Below are positions 62,381 to 64,000 of a stretch of 64,000 nt of DNA, piece by piece. The stretch is from Planctomycetales bacterium (lineage in GTDB: Bacteria; 4484-113), in the NCBI GenBank assembly GCA_037441675.1, contig JBBIRS010000006.1, positions 51,644 to 115,643 of the forward strand, in the 5' to 3' direction. Position numbers and translations under genes: made by a program. Numbering within the stretch: position 1 is the first letter of the stretch; each line of letters opens with the position of its first letter. The notes below the pieces were generated by a model. It made no database searches, was not told the origin of the DNA, and saw only the letters and a program-made list of their open reading frames with translations.

Positions 62381-64000
62381 ATGGCGGTAAGACATAAGGT
62401 AAAGGAGCAGGTAAATGCGCAGGGGCTCAGAAAAGGGCTCAGAAATGCGGGATACCCCGGCGAGACTGCCGAGACTGCGGAGACTGCGAGTCGCGCGAAA
62501 AGTAAGCTAAACCAAGTGGATGAGTTCCGCGGTGGCAATTCCACTAAATTCATCCATATTCAGGGCGCGAGGGTGCATAACCTCAAGAATATCACCGTCA
62601 AAATACCAAGGGAGAAGCTTGTAGTATTCACGGGCGTTTCCGGTAGCGGAAAGTCAAGCCTAGCGTTTGACACCATCTACGCGGAGGGGCAGAGGCGTTA
62701 CCTTGAAAGCTTGTCAAGCTACGCGCGTCAATTCTTGATGAATTTTGAGAAGGCCGATGTTGATCAGATTACCGGACTTTCTCCAACAATCGCCATTGAG
62801 CAGAAAAGCGCTAGCCACAATCCTCGCAGTACCGTTGGAACTGTCACTGAAACCTACGACTATTTTCGCGTGCTCTTTGCGCGGGTGGGCGAACAGCACT
62901 GTGTGGAATGTGGTAATAAAGTTGGACGTCAAACGGTGGACAACATTGTTGATGTTATTCTTTCCTATCCGCAAGGGTCGCGCATCTATCTTCTTTCGCC
63001 AATTGTCTACGGAAGAAAGGGCGAGTACAAAGACCTGTTCCTTTCCGCGCGTATGAGGGGTTTCGCTAGGGTACGCGTTAATGGTCACATTCTCAGTCTT
63101 GAGGAAGATATACAGCTTGACAAGAAGCGCAAACACGATATTGAGATTGTCGTGGACCGCTTGAGAATTGAAGGTGATATCAAAAAGCGCCTATCGGAAT
63201 CCATAGAAACCGCACTGAAAGAGGGAAATGGAACGCTCATAGCGCTAAATGTGGATAGTGGAAAGGAGCGCGTGTTTTCGGAAAAACTTGCCTGCGCAAA
63301 TTGCGGGATCTCTTACGAGGAGCTTACACCACAGATGTTCTCATTCAATAGCCCATACGGAATGTGCAGTGCTTGTGATGGACTTGGGACTAGTCTTGAG
63401 GTGGATGAGAATTTGGTTGTGCCTGAACCTGAACTCTCCATCGCTGAGGGCGCTTTAAAACCTTGGTTCTGCCAGGAGCGCTCATTTCAATATTACACTG
63501 GCCAGATTCTAAGGCAGTACGGCTATTCATTATCTACTCGCTGGCTAGAACTTCCTCAAAAGGTGAAGGATGCAATCCTGTTGGGCAACGGCGCTCGGAA
63601 TCCTCTTGAAGGCGTGGCAAATACAATAAGAAGGCTTTATAGGCAGACAGAGAGTGAAGGCGCGAGAAAGTATTACGCATGCTTTTTCGCAGATACACCA
63701 TGTCCATCCTGTAAAGGCAGACGGCTGAAACCCCAGCCCCTTGCGGTTAAGATTGCAGGAGTAAACATAGCAGAACTCTGTGAAATGAGCGTGGACAATG
63801 CTTATGAGTTTTTTAGAAAGCTGAATCTTAGCGGTTCAGCAGGAGAGATAGCTAAAGATTTACTCAGTGAAATAAAGGCTAGACTCAAGTTTTTAATGGA
63901 CGTCGGGCTTGGTTACTTAACGCTAGCTAGGAGCGCACCCACGCTATCAGGTGGGGAAAGTCAGAGAATTCGGCTAGCTAGTCAAATTGGTAGCGGGCTT
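62381..64000 (+). CDS. uvrA: Excinuclease ABC subunit A, 5' part (runs off the window; missing from the ORF track)
   Basis: Manual translation [72 protein letters not shown]. Confidence 0.97.
   Translation, partial: MAVRHKVKEQVNAQGLRKGLRNAGYPGETAETAETASRAKSKLNQVDEFRGGNSTKFIHIQGARVHNLKNITVKIPREKLVVFTGVSGSGKSSLAFDTIYAEGQRRYLESLSSYARQFLMNFEKADVDQITGLSPTIAIEQKSASHNPRSTVGTVTETYDYFRVLFARVGEQHCVECGNKVGRQTVDNIVDVILSYPQGSRIYLLSPIVYGRKGEYKDLFLSARMRGFARVRVNGHILSLEEDIQLDKKRKHDIEIVVDRLRIEGDIKKRLSESIETALKEGNGTLIALNVDSGKERVFSEKLACANCGISYEELTPQMFSFNSPYGMCSACDGLGTSLEVDENLVVPEPELSIAEGALKPWFCQERSFQYYTGQILRQYGYSLSTRWLELPQKVKDAILLGNGARNPLEGVANTIRRLYRQTESEGARKYYACFFADTPCPSCKGRRLKPQPLAVKIAGVNIAELCEMSVDNAYEFFRKLNLSGSAGEIAKDLLSEIKARLKFLMDVGLGYLTLARSAPTLSGGESQRIRLASQIGSGL
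62423..62488 (+). repeat. Short in-frame tandem repeats in the uvrA N-terminal extension
   Basis: GGGCTCAGAAA twice with 12-bp period; GAGACTGC(C/G) three times with 9-bp period (ETA ETA ETA). Confidence 0.7.

Noticed and set aside
62714-63458. ORF-track entries 62714-63136, 62745-63056 and 63249-63458
   Set aside because: Alternative-frame or antisense shadows of uvrA, which is missing from the track because it has no stop in the window.
1-64000. CRISPR array, tRNA/rRNA genes, transposase, integrase or prophage
   Set aside because: No regularly spaced repeats, cloverleaf or rRNA signatures, or recombinase motifs were recognised by eye; short or degenerate elements could have been missed.

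Overview
64-kb chromosomal segment of a low-to-moderate-GC bacterium, inferred to be a diderm member of the Terrabacteria: it has lpxC together with SepF, RNase J, long HPF, YggT and a beta' lacking the trigger-loop SI3 insertion. Housekeeping genes are intact: rpoC (3' part), rnpB, rplU-rpmA, type-2 ileS, lpxC, hpf, a four-gene 2-oxoacid:ferredoxin oxidoreductase operon, lgt, recX, sepF-rnj-uppP, Fe/Mn SOD, folD, lepA, dapF, a 5'-3' exonuclease and uvrA (5' part). Many accessory genes are broken by nonsense or frameshift lesions: two hybrid histidine kinases, two MNT(-HEPN) toxin-antitoxin modules, a type II R-M pair, two zinc-ribbon membrane proteins and a surface-lipoprotein paralog. Main observations: (1) a complete promoter / Ile-codon leader peptide / antiterminator / terminator arrangement upstream of ileS where a T-box would be expected; (2) three paralogous lipoproteins sharing an N-terminal helical plus dockerin-like module fused to variable cargo; (3) an enlarged RNase P RNA with a branched P18 and no L15 GGU motif; (4) an SOD gene with an in-frame Tat signal and a strong internal start; (5) a perfect CRP-type site at about -41.5 of the oxidoreductase promoter; (6) a 29-bp direct repeat bracketing the HTH-MNT/HEPN cassette. 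I found no tRNA, rRNA, CRISPR array or transposase. All calls come from reading motifs by eye; no database search or folding program was run.
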